From the NCBI RefSeq assembly GCF_964355755.1, contig NC_092677.1, positions 15,274,101-15,338,100 on the forward strand: a stretch of 64,000 bases of DNA, given 5' to 3'. Numbering within the stretch: position 1 is the stretch's first letter; the number at the start of each line of letters is the position of its first letter. Of the stretch, positions 38,700 through 52,433 are shown in pieces. A program made the position numbers and the translations under genes. Under the pieces are notes generated by a model. That model was given only the letters and a program-made list of their open reading frames with translations. It searched no databases and was not told where the DNA came from. Source of the DNA: Antedon mediterranea. Lineage: Eukaryota; Animalia; Echinodermata.

Positions 38700-39013
38700 G
38701 CTGGAATGACCTTTGACCTTCGACCCCAAAGACAAATCAAATATATTATTCTGAATCATTGGGGTCATGTTTATATTTGTGTTCAATACATTCTTATACC
38801 AAATTCTTTATGGTTTAAGAGATAATTGGGATCAAAGTTGTAAAATGGCAGCCATTTTGATTTTATGCAAATTAGGTAATTTATAATGGGCAGATCAGGG
38901 TAGATTTTGGATATGATAATATCTACATATAGTTGAGCATATTTCAGCAAAAAAACAAACTGTTGCAATTTGTTTGACTCAACGCCTATTTTTCATCTAT
39001 TTCCACTCATCTA
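38700..39013. mobile_element. Fragment of a non-autonomous DNA transposon
   Basis: TGACCTTTGACCTT and palindromic AAAATGGCAGCCATTTT motifs, like the subterminal motifs of the 6250-9936 element; ends in CTA; no partner TIR found. Confidence 0.3.
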
Positions 39014-39483
39014 TTATTGTCTCTAAACGTGATACCGCTCATGTATCGGGTGAAAAATATGGGTTAGACAGTGTGTGTAAATAGTAAGACTACCATAAGA
39101 TATTTCAGCTTAGCGTTGAAGAAGAAGTACATGGCAAAATAAAGAAGCCTTGGGCAGACGATAAAAAGCTACGTTGATAGAAAACGCAAACAATGAATTC
39201 ATCGAAGATACAGTTAGTTTAGTGCCTATCACATTGCTAAAAGTTAGAGAAGCAAGCAAGTAGTGTACGCAACAGATGAATGGAATATATATCGATTTAT
39301 TTAATGTCATATACTTCTCAATAAAACTTTCAATCAATATCTCATACTGCAGACTCTATCGTAGTATAGTATACTAGTACTCCAGGAGAAGAGTGGACTT
39401 GCTTTCTCTCTTCCTCTTTACTCCCTTTCCATAGTCTTTAGAGTTTAGAGTGTGAAAGTTTCTTAATATAATCCCAGAGGTTG

Positions 39484-39728
39484 TTTTTAGTCGCGTGCAA
39501 ACGTGAACCTATATAGCTCACTTTGTCGGTCTCGTGTCTCGTACACTGTTCATATTTTTCGTTATTTTGACAGTGGATATTAATACTTGGAGGCAAATAT
39601 AAATGTTTTTAAAAATGTTTGAACATGTTCAGCAGTTTCTGTCCGTTGGTCGGTCGGTAGGTCGGCCGGACGGTCAGTAAACACTAACTCAAATTTGCGC
39701 ACGCGACTGACATGTATATGGCCTTGTT
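39484..39728 (-). mobile_element. HINE/DINE-1-like element, inverted copy
   Basis: TTTTTAGTCGCGTG...GGTCGGTCGG...GTAAACACTAAC...CACGCGACTG...ATATGGCCTTGTT is the reverse complement of the family ends. Confidence 0.65.
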
Positions 39729-42700
39729 CCTTTTAGTGAGGCGATAATGAAACATAAACGTCATCAACATTCATTTTACTATGATTATTCTTGAGAATAA
39801 TCACTCTTACTTATTTTAAAACTTTCATCTCATGATTATCGGCTCGGACTTAACTTGGGCCTGAAACATTAAACTGGTTTACTCTGTGTTAATACTAGAT
39901 TCACACGAGAAACAAATAAGTACTGTTTACCTCTTGTTTATATTACATTCCAGCTGTAATATTTTAGTGCTTAAGTGATGAACTTGTTTCTTCAGCATTC
40001 CTGAATAACAATTAAACAAGTGGACATTAATAGTGTAATAAAGTCACCGTAAATTACGTACTAATGATATCAAATGGTCAGTAGGCTCAAAAGCTGAAGT
40101 AAACCGGACATTGCATTTTAAAGAGAATATTTCCATCCTAGTATGAATAGATTGTTAGTTGTTATTTGATTTGGAAAAAGTACAACTAATTCTTTGTTGT
40201 TGATTACAATTAGTAAGCGAAGTTGCAATTGATTGAATCGGACCGCTTTAATGATTGAGTGACAGTGAGCATTATTGAGTAATTAATCATTGTTTTCTAA
40301 TAATGCTTTTAATGACCTCCTCTTAATTTCAAATCAATTTGTAATGATGTCATCGGGAACGTCGATGAAGTATATTAATTAGGAATGACTCGATCCTATC
40401 AATCATGATGAATGATACGAGTTGAAAAGCATAGCAGTACATTTACCATAAAACGGAGATATTCGAGTGAAATTCGAGCGCTAAACTTCTCGTGTCTTTA
40501 TGCTACCGTGCCGTAATTTCTCTATAGGCTAAACTTTCCACATTATTCACATCTTGAATTAAACTAAATACCTGTATTTTGCAATCAACATTAGAACACA
40601 ACAACCAATAATGTTTTTAAAGAAGAAAATATATGAAATATTGATACAGTAAACAGACAAATATTTAATTCAAACTTATATATCTGCAATTTAATAGAAA
40701 TTTACCTTCAATACTTTAATTCAACAAACACCTACAATACTTACCTAAAATACTAATTCAACAGAAATTTAACTGCAATAGGCCAACCTTATAGTTTTAT
40801 TGAAGAAATATCTTTATTTTCTCATCTTTTGTTCTCTGTCATCAGCAGTTTCCAGTGCCCTACATTGGGATGTGAATAACGATTACTATTGCCATTATTA
40901 CAGGATCACAGGAAAGATCGCTTTACAAAATAACAGTTGCAGTAATACTATCGTCTACTAATTTATATTATTACAATACCAAATAACCATTGATGATAAT
41001 AACTCGTCACCAGGACGAGTTATGTTATTTTTACTTTAAAAAACTCACATGTTATTAGGCCTACACAATGATGTATCTTATGAAATAAAATTGAATTGAA
41101 TGTGACCCACGTGGAAGTACTTTAAAATACCAAAACATGAAAATGTCGATGTTTCTTTACCTTGAAACAATGACATTGAATTGTTTAAAGACCGATCTTA
41201 TCTGTCACAAGCCAAAGCATTAAAAATGGCTTCAATATACGTACCGTGCATGCCTTAAAATAGATAACGTTCATTAAATTGAAATGTAGGCTTAAAGATT
41301 AAATTATATTAATACCAAGATATATAAAATGTTGAATGAAATGTTGTTGCTATACATTGACTATAGGCCTATCGACGAATATTAGGAGAAAATGTAGTTT
41401 TTTACTGCTTGACTTGTCCTAATCCTTTTTTCCACAATGCTAATAATATACTTGTTTAGCTGTCTAAGCGAGTTTTGTAATAAAAATATTTGTACGATCG
41501 ATATTGCATCGACCTCTTACAAATCCGAGTACACCCATGAAATAAGTCTAGAAATTACAAATGATCGTGTCTAACATTTAATTTGAAAACATAAGTACGT
41601 GCGTGTTGGAATGAATTCTTCTCGTCAACCCATCTTCCACTAATTGTGAGGGCGCCTGCTTATATCAGTGTGTTGTTTTAAATCTTCTTATTTTGAATAA
41701 GGAAAACAAGTTTGTTATTGTAAAACCTCTTTGTTTGTAAACGCCGTGAAAATACCTATGTTATCTGTAGTAAAAGCATATCCATGTAAATATTTTTTAA
41801 TTTAAAATAAAACAACATTTATGAAATATGTTACACGTACCGTGGTGAACGAGCCCAGGTTTCTCTACATGTTATTACGTTCTTTTGTAAACTGTACATA
41901 CCCCGCCGGCGGCAAACACGTTCGTTCAAAAACAAAATACTCACAACACAGGTAAGTTTGGCCTACATCGGCACTTTTTTCCGAATTTCACAACTACAGT
42001 ACCTCTCTTCCACTGTGTAATACTTTACAAAATGAATGCATGTACTGTATTTATCATTCTTATTATATAGGCCTATTGTACAGCTGTATCCAACCAACTC
42101 GATTGTTTCACCGGCACTTCGCCATTGTTTATTTCGTTCATATCTCTGGTATACAATTAACCATGGTGCTGGTAACTCTTTATAATAACGTTCATTAAAC
42201 ATTTGACTTAGGAATATTTTAAGAGTGCCATTTACAATGGGCAATAGGTCTACTTTCTACCGTAAATTGTTCTCGTCTTCGTGTTTGGCAGATTATGTTG
42301 TTTCTTATGTTGAAATACTAAAAACAGAAACATTTCACACAGTAAAATCAACCCTATAAGCTCACATAAATTGTAAGCCACGCTTATTTTAAACCACCAT
42401 TGTGCATGCCTTATATTTTTATCTTCGTACATTAAAAGAGGCACTGTTTCACTGGATATAGAAATAGACTATATAGAATGATTGATATTAAATGATCACA
42501 TGACATGGTTTAATAGTATGCTGAGATCGATATTTTGTCGAGTTTTCTTCTGGTTTCACTCATATACGGGGGTGTGGAAATGGCCTGGGGGTGCCATAAA
42601 ACAGAAGTAACGTATAATCTAGGCCTGATAATTTAGTACATGAACCTAAACTGTATAATAAACTTTTGAAACAAGTTGAATCAAGAATTTAATTTTCAAG

Positions 42701-43766
42701 AACATAATACATTCGGACGAGTTTATCCTTAACAGAAAGCCTAAATCACGAAAGTTCTGAAATAAATAATTTAGTTATTAATGATAAAGAATATCATTAT
42801 AACACACTGTTTTAGCGTAAACTTGTATCCAATTATTAATCCGCCACTTTCATATTAATCAACGTTCAAAGTCTGGACGAGATGTTATGCCATTCAAAAA
42901 GTCAGCGCTCCAATTTTTAACGGAGTAGAACTGATAGACGGTACACACTATAGGTTGGTTTTCGACGCCGAGAACCGTTATTAACCGGGCGTAGCACAGA
43001 ATTATATTTTTTTAGAAAAAGCTGTCGTGTAATAGAACGATTAAATTGAAACTTCAGTAGAACTCTTACTGAACGGCACGTTATAGGAATAGCATGCATA
43101 CACTCAGGTGTGTTATAATTAATGGTATTCAACTACTTTTGTGCTACTTTAACGAGCGGTTCCGGTTTGGTTATTGAAGTATTGCTGTAGGCCTATATTG
43201 AACCAATATATAGAAGTAATGTCTATAGGCAATGCAATAGCAATAGTAGGTCTAGGCCTATATAGTTCATTCCCTTTAAGAAAATCTAATAACGACATAA
43301 TTACACGAATCAAGAGAACGGAAATGGGTAATGACCATTGTTAATAACACAGCATAACAGAACTAGAAGGAAAAATGTCACATTACATTTATTTATTGAT
43401 CTTTTTAATTGATAGCGAGTAATTGCTTATTAGCTACGATGCTAAAATAGGTTGCTCTGACCTCTAGTAGTATTGGAAGACATTGATTTTGTCATTATTA
43501 TCAAGTACTTTGTTCCTGTACCTTTTTTTTTGGTATTTAACCATATCTCTAACATTATTCTACTTACAGTCACTGTAATGACTAATTATTCGTTACACTT
43601 TACCTGATTATGGTGTTATTAAGAAAACTTCCTTTGGTTAATAAGCTTCTACTACATTGAACATTATTAACTGTACAATAATGTTGGCATGTTCTATTCA
43701 ATGTTAGTAAGTTATATTATATACATGTTTACCGAAGAGAAAATGTTTGTTTAAATGTTAATTATA

Positions 43767-43973
43767 TTACTTAGTTGAACAAAACGCTGAATCTCGAGAG
43801 GGGGTTAGTACGAATGGCTTGTTGATCTGATGGCGAGACTCCTGATCGTAATCTTGAAAAGGAGTGGAAGAAGATGATGAAATATTTATGATGGAAGTTG
43901 AGAAATGATGATGTTTATGGGATTCGGACTTCTGATGACGTCTCCATTTCGCTCTTCTGTTTGAGAACCATAC
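43767..43973 (-). CDS. eyg: eyg last coding exon
   Basis: ttcag|[14 protein letters not shown]...[11 protein letters not shown]. Confidence 0.92.
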   Translation of the reverse strand, partial: VWFSNRRAKWRRHQKSESHKHHHFSTSIINISSSSSTPFQDYDQESRHQINKPFVLTPSRDSAFCSTK

Positions 43974-46900
43974 CTGAATAAATAAGAAAAAAAATATGGA
44001 GATTGAACTATAGGCCTACTTCTGGACAAATGTGTCATTTTATACCAATGAAATTTAAATGACAATTAAATTCGGTTTAATCGTATTCAGAGGATGTATT
44101 GTTGGGACAGGCATCGTAGCCCAACCACAGAATTCAACAGCATTCAATATGTCATGTCTTGTCGCGTACCTTGATCGTCAATGGTATTTTGCCTTAAATT
44201 ATTGCTCGAAGTCTTTTAGTTTCCTATTATATTCTCCAATTCTCAAAATGTCGTCATTTTTAAAATTAATTAATCCCCGTCACCTATATGATATGCAGTG
44301 GTAAATTATATGACAGGCAAAATTACATGTCAATCATCCAAAAGGTCGAGATTTGACCTAGGCTTTCATTTGGTTCATACTTAAACTCAAGTCTACCTTT
44401 GGCCAACAAATACAGTTTATAGCAAAATCTTCGAGATCTTTGACCTTATTTTTTTTAATAACTTCCTAATCCTTACCTGAACTCTGGCCTCTGACAACTG
44501 TGTCTGAGTCGCAACCTCTTCACGTGTATTGACACAAGGATAATGTGACTTACAAAATTCCTTTTCAAGTATATCTAGTTGTTCGTTAGAAAAAGTAGTT
44601 CGGCTTCTCCTCACTTTACGCTTACAGTCATCGTCATCTAAATTAGAAGTTAATGCGCCATGGAAAAGTTTACTCTGAATGTGATCATCTTCTTTGTGAC
44701 CTTTGGGGACAAATAAAGTGAGATTAATGAACTGATTTTCTGATACAAAAGTAGGCCTACGTAGGCTACTGTCTCTTGATTAAAAAATGGAGGACAATTG
44801 GTAGCGAAACTACCAGATACACAGTTGGCAAATATGTAGGCGCTACCCACGTGAGTTACCGGCGACAGTTCGGATGACACATCGCGTCATGATTGGTCAA
44901 ATTACCTGCGATGTATTTACGTTTTTGCGTTGCGTCTAAGTGCAAAATTAAACCAAGCTTGATGTTCAATGTAATGCTATCATACCAACCTTGTGGTGAG
45001 ATTGTTCCCGTACGTTTGTCGTCAAAAGAGTAACGGTCCTGACACATGATAGACGAACGAAGTGTTGCTCTAGGTCTGTGAATCAGTACACGATTACCCG
45101 AATCTTCCAAGTTCCGATTTTGACTGTATAACCCGTTATAGGAGCAGTGAATTCTTGGTACCGTGATGTTAGGTAGGAATGAATATGAGGAGACAAGTGC
45201 TTGCTCTGTGGCTCGGGCGTACTCTGTGGCAGCACGCTCGGCTGCTCGATTGCGAAGAATACGGTTGATGGAACTAACACTAGGTGTTGTAGATGCTGTA
45301 CAAACACCTAGAATACACATGAATAAATCGAAATAAAACACATTTAAGTTACTATGTAGCATACATTTATAGTATTACAAAATATTTTAACACAGCATGA
45401 TTTAATAATATAGATTTACATTTTTTCTTACGTATCTCACTATCTATTATATGCTCCTTTTTTATGAACTTACCGTCTGCCATAAGCTTATCGCGAATTT
45501 CCCACGCAAAAATGGACGGGTTTTCCTGTTTGTATTCATCGATTTTCCCAACAACTTCTGGAGTTGCTACTTTGGGTTTGCTTCCACCAATTGATCCATT
45601 TCTGGTGTTTGTATCTAAGAAACGTTGACCTAACCAGAAAAAAACGTCTTACTATTATTAAAGTAGTTCCAGACGGAGTTTTGATTTAATATTTAGTTAA
45701 AAGATAAATATTTTAGTACATATGGCGTTTCATACGTGTACTACTTGAACTTGTAAACATCGAAAAGCCTTTAAATAACTACAGACTTCGGGCAAGTGTA
45801 TTATCAAAGCTCCTGTTGTATATAACAACGATTTACATAGTTTCCATTACAACAAACCCAATTGTATATTTGCCATTCGATTAATTTTGTATCAATTCAG
45901 TATAATATAATATTTGTACTTGGTTTTCACTAGGACGAAACGCAATGACGTAAGCGCATCGCATCGATTCTGACGCAACTTACTTGTGTTGTGCCAAAGT
46001 GGGAAACAAACATGATTTGTGTATCTAAAGTATGCACATTGGATAAAGAAAATCCGTATTTATTTGAGTCGATTTTCTTACCGAAAAGTTTGCTAAAACA
46101 TTCCTGTGACATCATCAGCTGCCGTGAAAGTTCACTGTAATGATTCGACATGATCCTGTGGCGCCCTACGTCAACATAGTGAGCGTTTCCCATGTGGAAT
46201 GGAGAAATTGTATTGAAACCTTCAAATATAAAATAATATTTGCCAGTGTGAATAATGTCTGAATTATTCTTAAAGATGTAGGCCTATTGTCCCCGGCCTA
46301 AAAAAAATAATTCTTAAACACTTTTTTGGTAAATATGCCACCTAATAGTTATCCACTTTGACCAAAAATTGGATCTGAAAACAACAAAAAAAGTCAAATT
46401 GGCTGCAAGCCAATGAGTTTTTGGTTGAATTAACCATTCATTTTGTCATTTTTTAAGTGAAAACATTTATTTTTTTCAGTTTTTTATGTCTATGAAAGTG
46501 ATTAACTTTATTAAAAGGTTGAAACTGAAAAACACATGTTATATAAATGCAGTGTAATTCAATGGATATGGCTTAAATTTAAAAATGTCATAGCTAAGAG
46601 CTTTTCAAACGAAGACCCAATAACTTCGACTACAATGATTACTGGATCAAATAACATAATTGTAAATGAATTGATTTCATTATTTGTATTCTCTATATAT
46701 AAGTTGCATATATTAACAAAACCTGAAAAAAGGGAAACAACTATGAAAAAAAGATCTGGAATCTTTTTATTACTGAAGTAAAGCATTTAATTGAAAATGA
46801 GTATAAGTGCTACTACTTTAAAGCTCAATGTAAATGGGGAGATATAAAGCAAAATCTCCTTAAATTAATGAAATAAAAAAAATGCTATTTTTATCTCTTA

Positions 46901-48466
46901 AATACATTGTATATAGGCCTAGTAACTATATTAGTTTTAAGATATGTCATCCGGGTATGAAGCGACTCACATACACACAGAGCCAAAATATTACCTTGGA
47001 CTTGCACTGTGTATGGACTCTAACCTTACGGTTTTCATTATATATATCATTCCATCCTATCCATTCTAAACACCCTTTTTTCAAGCTTTTGCATTCTTCG
47101 TTTTCATCTCATCCATTTTTTTCTTGGTGAAAAGGGAAGATTCTTTATATTCCTCCCCTGAGTTTATAGCCTCTCTACCCAGACAACGGACACGAACAGA
47201 ATAAAACAACAATAATAACTTTTTCATAAGTACGTTTTTTTTAAATCAATTTTTATCCTCAGTTTACTGCCATCGACATATTTTAATTAATTGTATTTTT
47301 AAAAATGTATATGAATGTAAATGTGGTTACTTCTTAACATCAAAATAATCTTATTTTTTGAACAATGTACCTTATAAATAAGAGAATTATATAAATGTGC
47401 ATATATACATATATTATTTATATTTATAGAACTATAATAAAAGTGGGACGAACCCACACAAGACAACAAAAAAAAACTTTATTAAAACCACAAAATAATC
47501 TATTCCAATTTGAATTGATTAATCTTCATTTTTTTTAAAGTTTTGCACACATAATCGGTGTAACGTTTCCATATCGAGGTACCAAAAGGGCTCTATTACA
47601 CGAGTGTTACTCGCGAATTTGTTGATGGATAATAAAATCAGTACAATTATTTAAATTTCTGTGGGTTGTTCCAAATTTCGTTTCGAATGGAATTAAGAGT
47701 TATCTTACAAAATAACATATCTAGCTATCGACCTCTTAAAACTAATGTAGGCCTACTTAACTCGTAATAATACATAATATAACTTTTCTGAAAGAATTAT
47801 AAAATGTTCTGGTTGTTTTTAACTCATCCTAGAAACTTTTTAAACGTTAAATTCTCAAGTTAAACCACCACTTGAATAAAATTAAATATAGAAAGTATAA
47901 AGGGTATTACTCCAACTCTTTAAGAAAAAATAAACAAAATATATAATAAAATTAGAGGAATCATTAAAGATATTTTCCCCCTAAATAAATAATTTAATTT
48001 GTTGTTATAATAATTGTTATATAATTAATAATATTTAATCATTTTGACCACAATTTGATTGAACTGAACGGGAAATTAATGAGTCTTGTATTTAACTGTT
48101 TATTTATTTATTTTGTTTAATAAGTGAAAACATTTAATTTTGTGTTGAGTAGGCCAGTTTTATTAATAATTTGACAACTTTGACAACAATTTTATTTGAA
48201 AAAACCCGTTAATTGTTCATAATAAAGAAACTATAGAGTGAATTGGGAGTCAATGTGTCTTTTAATATGCGAAAATATTTTTGTTTGTTTTGTTTTTTTT
48301 GTTTTTTAAAAGTCAAAAACTTGATTAAAACTATGTTTTGTAAGGCAATACATCTTGTAACACCACTGAAAACATTCCATATTAAAGTACTTTTAAATGT
48401 GATACTTAATTTAAACAGTATAATAAAAAGATAGATAGATAGTATCTTACCTGCTGAAGAAGCCAT
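43767..48466 (-). CDS. eyg: Eyegone-type paired-box homeobox transcription factor (degenerate PAI, intact RED, S50 homeodomain), ~331 aa
   Basis: Exons 48466-48451 (MASSAG), 46219-46082, 45629-45474, 45307-44990, 44637-44477 and 43973-43767 (TAA), all AG/GT with matching phases. [33 protein letters not shown] (RED); [19 protein letters not shown] (eyegone-type extension); [37 protein letters not shown]. Confidence 0.9.
44477..44637 (-). CDS. eyg: eyg exon: homeodomain helices 1-2 and start of helix 3
   Basis: [49 protein letters not shown]|gtaag, typical PRD-class intron position. Confidence 0.95.
44990..45307 (-). CDS. eyg: eyg exon: end of RED and linker
   Basis: [32 protein letters not shown]. 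Confidence 0.9.
45474..45629 (-). CDS. eyg: eyg exon: paired-domain linker and RED subdomain
   Basis: [52 protein letters not shown]. Confidence 0.95.
46082..46219 (-). CDS. eyg: eyg exon encoding a degenerate PAI subdomain
   Basis: ttttatatttgaag|GT...TTCG|gtaag; [31 protein letters not shown] aligns with canonical [32 protein letters not shown]. Confidence 0.8.
46274..46820. mobile_element. TTAA-flanked (Kolobok-like) MITE in eyg intron 1
   Basis: Starts TTAA|AGATGTA[GGCCTA]TTGTCCCC, the same terminus as the copies at ~22119, ~47963 and 49659; right end poorly preserved. Confidence 0.4.
48451..48466 (-). CDS. eyg: eyg exon 1 coding part (MASSA-G)
   Basis: tcaATGGCTTCTTCAGCAG|gtaag; phase 1 matches the next exons. 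Confidence 0.6.
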
Positions 48467-48527
48467 TGAAGTGCGAGAGGGATTAGCTGCCAAGTAGATG
48501 TACTTCAGTTTATCATACCAACAAGTG

Positions 48528-48562
48528 GTTTGCAATCTCGCGTATCAAATCTTATATTTATA
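48528..48562 (-). promoter_or_regulatory. Possible eyg TATA box and start site
   Basis: TATAAATA (48562-48555) with a CA dinucleotide 31 nt downstream, ~65 nt before the ATG; the AT-rich context makes a chance match possible. Confidence 0.3.
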
Positions 48563-49662
48563 ATATTCTCAAACAATGTAGGGATTTGTCTATTGTTCTT
48601 CCACAAACATATCGGATTTCATTAATTAGCTCATCTCATCCATAGATATATACTGAACAATTGGGTACAGAAATCAATATGTGGTAAATATGTAATTAAC
48701 TATGTGACGAAGTGTGTAATTGCAGATTCGTTTACAACCGAGGTCCACAACGATCTCAATAATGATACGAAATATAGACCCTAATTAATAGTTACAACAA
48801 GTAAGTAAAAGCACGTAATTTAAGTTTAATGATATTAGTATGTTCACACATAAACTAATAAATTGGGCCTAATGGTATTCAAAATGAATTAGCCCGTGCG
48901 AATGTAAAGGTTTTAAAGTATTCCATACACCAGGTAAAAAACAGTGAATCCTCAATCAAAATGAAGTCATCATAGCCAAATTTAGTATTCATGGGCAATT
49001 TCCGTGATACACTGTCTCATGTAACATCGTGCACATGCACTACACATGAAGCACATAACATTTCTGTATTGGCCTATGATACTAGTAAACATATGTGGAG
49101 ATCGGGTTCAAAAGTATCCAAAAGTTCTCACCCGACGCCAATGATTTGCGGTGGTGTAGGCCTAACTCCAGACTTCGTTGTCTATACGTACTACACCTAC
49201 CTCATCAAAACTGCCTGTCAAAGCAACACAGTCGTATAGGCCTTTTTGTTATTTAATTCCCTTTATATTTTGCAGCACTGTTCAAATCGTTCTATAAGTT
49301 ATTGATTGTTTTTATAACACATAGACGAATCATACCAATTAGTAACTTTATTGTTTGCTATTTAGTGCAAAATCAGAGCATCCAACACGAATTTAATTGA
49401 TAAATGAGATAATTAAACATTTTCGTTTATACATAGTATATGTGAAAAAATAATATTTATTCTTTGATTTTCGCACATTCATTGATACTGCCCTATTTCT
49501 GTGGTTTGCTTTATCGATACGTAAGCGTGTGTCGTGTGTTAGTAACGCCGTTATAAACGAATGCGAGCTGACGGTTTGCTTACATTGTAGCCAATTATAA
49601 AGCGATTAATGAAAACGAATTATTGTTATGTTTTTTCAGTGTAAATTTGATGCATATATTAA

Positions 49663-49947
49663 AGATATATTGTCCCTCTAAACATTTATTTAAATTTTTT
49701 TGATGAATATGCCATTTTGATGTCACGTAATATTTATTGACTTTAACCAAAAACTTGATAAAAAAAATTATCTACCTGAAAAAAGTAATTTATAGAAAAA
49801 AAGTGCTTAATTTGTTTATTTTTGGCTAAAATTAACCGTTTCATTTTTCTTTTTATAAGTGAATAACATTAATAAAACTGCGAACTGGCATTTAAACTAT
49901 GATTTTATTAAACTTCATTTTTCATGTTTTTGGAGGACAATACATCT
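49663..49947. mobile_element. TTAA-flanked (Kolobok-like) MITE
   Basis: TIRs AGATATATTGTCC / GGACAATACATCT with TTAA left and TGAA right; homologous partial copy at ~22119-22330. Confidence 0.6.
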
Positions 49948-50798
49948 TGAATTTATATTTTATATATTAGTAATGCGGTATAATTACTTATATATATATT
50001 GTTATTGTAGATGTATTTGTATTTTTTTATATTATTATATATTATTGTAGCTGTATTTGTATTTATTTATATATAATATTATTGTAGATGTCTTTTTATT
50101 TATTTAAATTATTGATTTGAGGTTTGAATACAACTACACGCATTAATTACCACATATGAATTGAACAATTGAATATTAATAATAACAATTGTAACAGAGG
50201 TCCTATTTTCTATTCATGGGAAGGAAAACATTTCAGATGAGAATTGCTTGCTAAAAAATCGATGCGATATATTTTGTTAAACAATAATATTTACTCGTTT
50301 TTACGTCATTAATTCATCGCGATTGACCCGGATGACCATACTACTAACAGTCGAGCGCCTACACTGAACAACTAACACGGCGCTATTAAATTACCAGTGT
50401 TATTACAATTGTAAATTAATAAACCAACTTTGAATTGGAATTAAATTGAGATTAATATTAATAGACTTGTATCTAGATAATGGGAACAATTCAAAGCTTT
50501 ATTGGTTGAACAACTATTGGAAGACGTTCAAATTTAATGAATTCGTTTAGTGTAAACAAACGAGCAAATAGCTAGATTTAGTTTCATTATCAGGGTTTTG
50601 ATTTGTATAACAATGGTTTAAGTAGGTCTGATGAAATTAATGATTAGATTTTTGTTTAAAATGGACGAAACAACCAATTATTAAGTCTAGTATCATAGGC
50701 AAATTCTGTAATACAGTGTAACATATGTATCACGTGGGTTAATAACAGGTGCATACAGAATTTGCTTGTGATTGTAAAACAGTGTCGGACGTCACACT

Positions 50799-51747
50799 CA
50801 GAAGCCATATATAATTGCGTTCACGGATTTTAGAAAGTCGCGTGGGGTGCACATCGGCCATCTTTGTGTCCAACTATGCTTATGTAGCGTATGAGGAGTC
50901 GTGTCATTTGCTTAAAAAATGTATAACATTCACAAGGCTTTAAATATCGGATTTAATATCAAAACAATCAATTTGTTTGAAGGTTTTTGTTAAGATAATA
51001 ACGAAATCATAAAGTTACTGCGAACATGATTTTAAACAACAAAATGTAAAAACAATGCATTACTATAGAGAATCGCTGTACAAACTAAACGCACACGCGT
51101 AGAGCGTGCATGGAGCGCACAACTAGAGCCGTTTCGAAATTGCTATTTTTGTTGTTTAAAATCATGTTCGCGGTAACTTTATAATTTTTTAAAATTATTT
51201 TAACAAAAACCTTTAAACAATTTTATGAAAGCAGACAAAAAATGGAAAAATGTAAAAACTAGCATTTTAGAGAACTTACCTTAATTTTACTTCATTCACT
51301 ATTTTTATATATGCAATATTTTTATTTATCTGTACAGTACAATTTTAAATATGCAATATGTATAATGTATTTTTTTCTTTTATAGCTTCATCTGTATAGT
51401 CTATTTACCTTTATGCCAAATATGTATCTATATCGTTGTAAGAATTACATAATTTTTTAAACTATTATACATTGGTTCGTAAATGAATACGTTTATAAAT
51501 ACCTGTTAAGTCATGTTAATGGAAATGAGAAGAAATTACAATAAAGGTGGGCGATTCCGACGAAAGATAAAAAAAAACCTTTAAACAAATTGATTGTTTT
51601 GATATTAAATTCGATAATTAAAGCCTTTTGAACGTTATACATTTTCAAAACAAAAGACTCAACTCCATACGCTACATAGGAATAGTTGGACAAAAACACG
51701 GCTTCTAACCCATTCAATCTCGAAACTCTCTCTATATATGGCTCTGG
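50799..51747. mobile_element. Long-TIR palindromic MITE with a nested insertion in the right arm
   Basis: 50799-51045 is mirrored by 51147-51220 plus 51589-51747 (e.g. TCCAACTAT..TATGTAGCGTATG vs CATACGCTACATA..ATAGTTGGA). Confidence 0.75.
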
Positions 51748-52433
51748 TCACATCTGGCTCTGTATGTATGGCGCCCCCTTTCTTAAGCTATTGACACACC
51801 TTGATATCGTTTTAGTGAACTATGTTATTATACAGATAAATGGAAAGGAAAATTACTAAAAGTAGTGACAATGCTGTGGGTATCAGTGGCTGGATCTCAA
51901 TGGAGATACAAAACAAAATAAGCAAAAACGCTAAATTAAAAGGATAAAGTAAAACAGCTAGATTAAATTAAATTAGCATCTTACCTTATTATACAAATAA
52001 TAAATGTTTATGATGAAACAGTAATATTTATTTGTTTGTTTATATAATATATTAAATATTTCGATTTTATAAACACACCTATTGTAGTGTTTATTATGTC
52101 AACAAACGACCAAACAATCTAAGGCTAGCTAGGCTAAAGCGCCTAGGCCTAGCCTAATATACTAACAGGCCTAGCTAGGCTAGAAAGGCAGCGATACCAT
52201 GTACCATTTAATACGAAACTTCGACTGGCAACTGGAATTCATCTAGGCCTATGCAATTCTGTTTTTTCCAACAATTTCACATCTTTTAAAGATGTTCACA
52301 TTAATTAATCAAAATTATACAATTGATCTAAAGCTAATCTAAATGTTTTTATTTTGTCTAAACTAATACAGATCTTTCCAAAACCGTCGCGATACCCATC
52401 ACAAAGAATCCTCGTGGCGGCGCTGTAGTATTT

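Noticed and set aside
43767-48466. Calling the Pax gene Pax6 or Pax4
   Set aside because: PAI is degenerate, the linker lacks Pax6 signatures, and RNRAAERAA plus HYPCV..RE fit the eyegone group better
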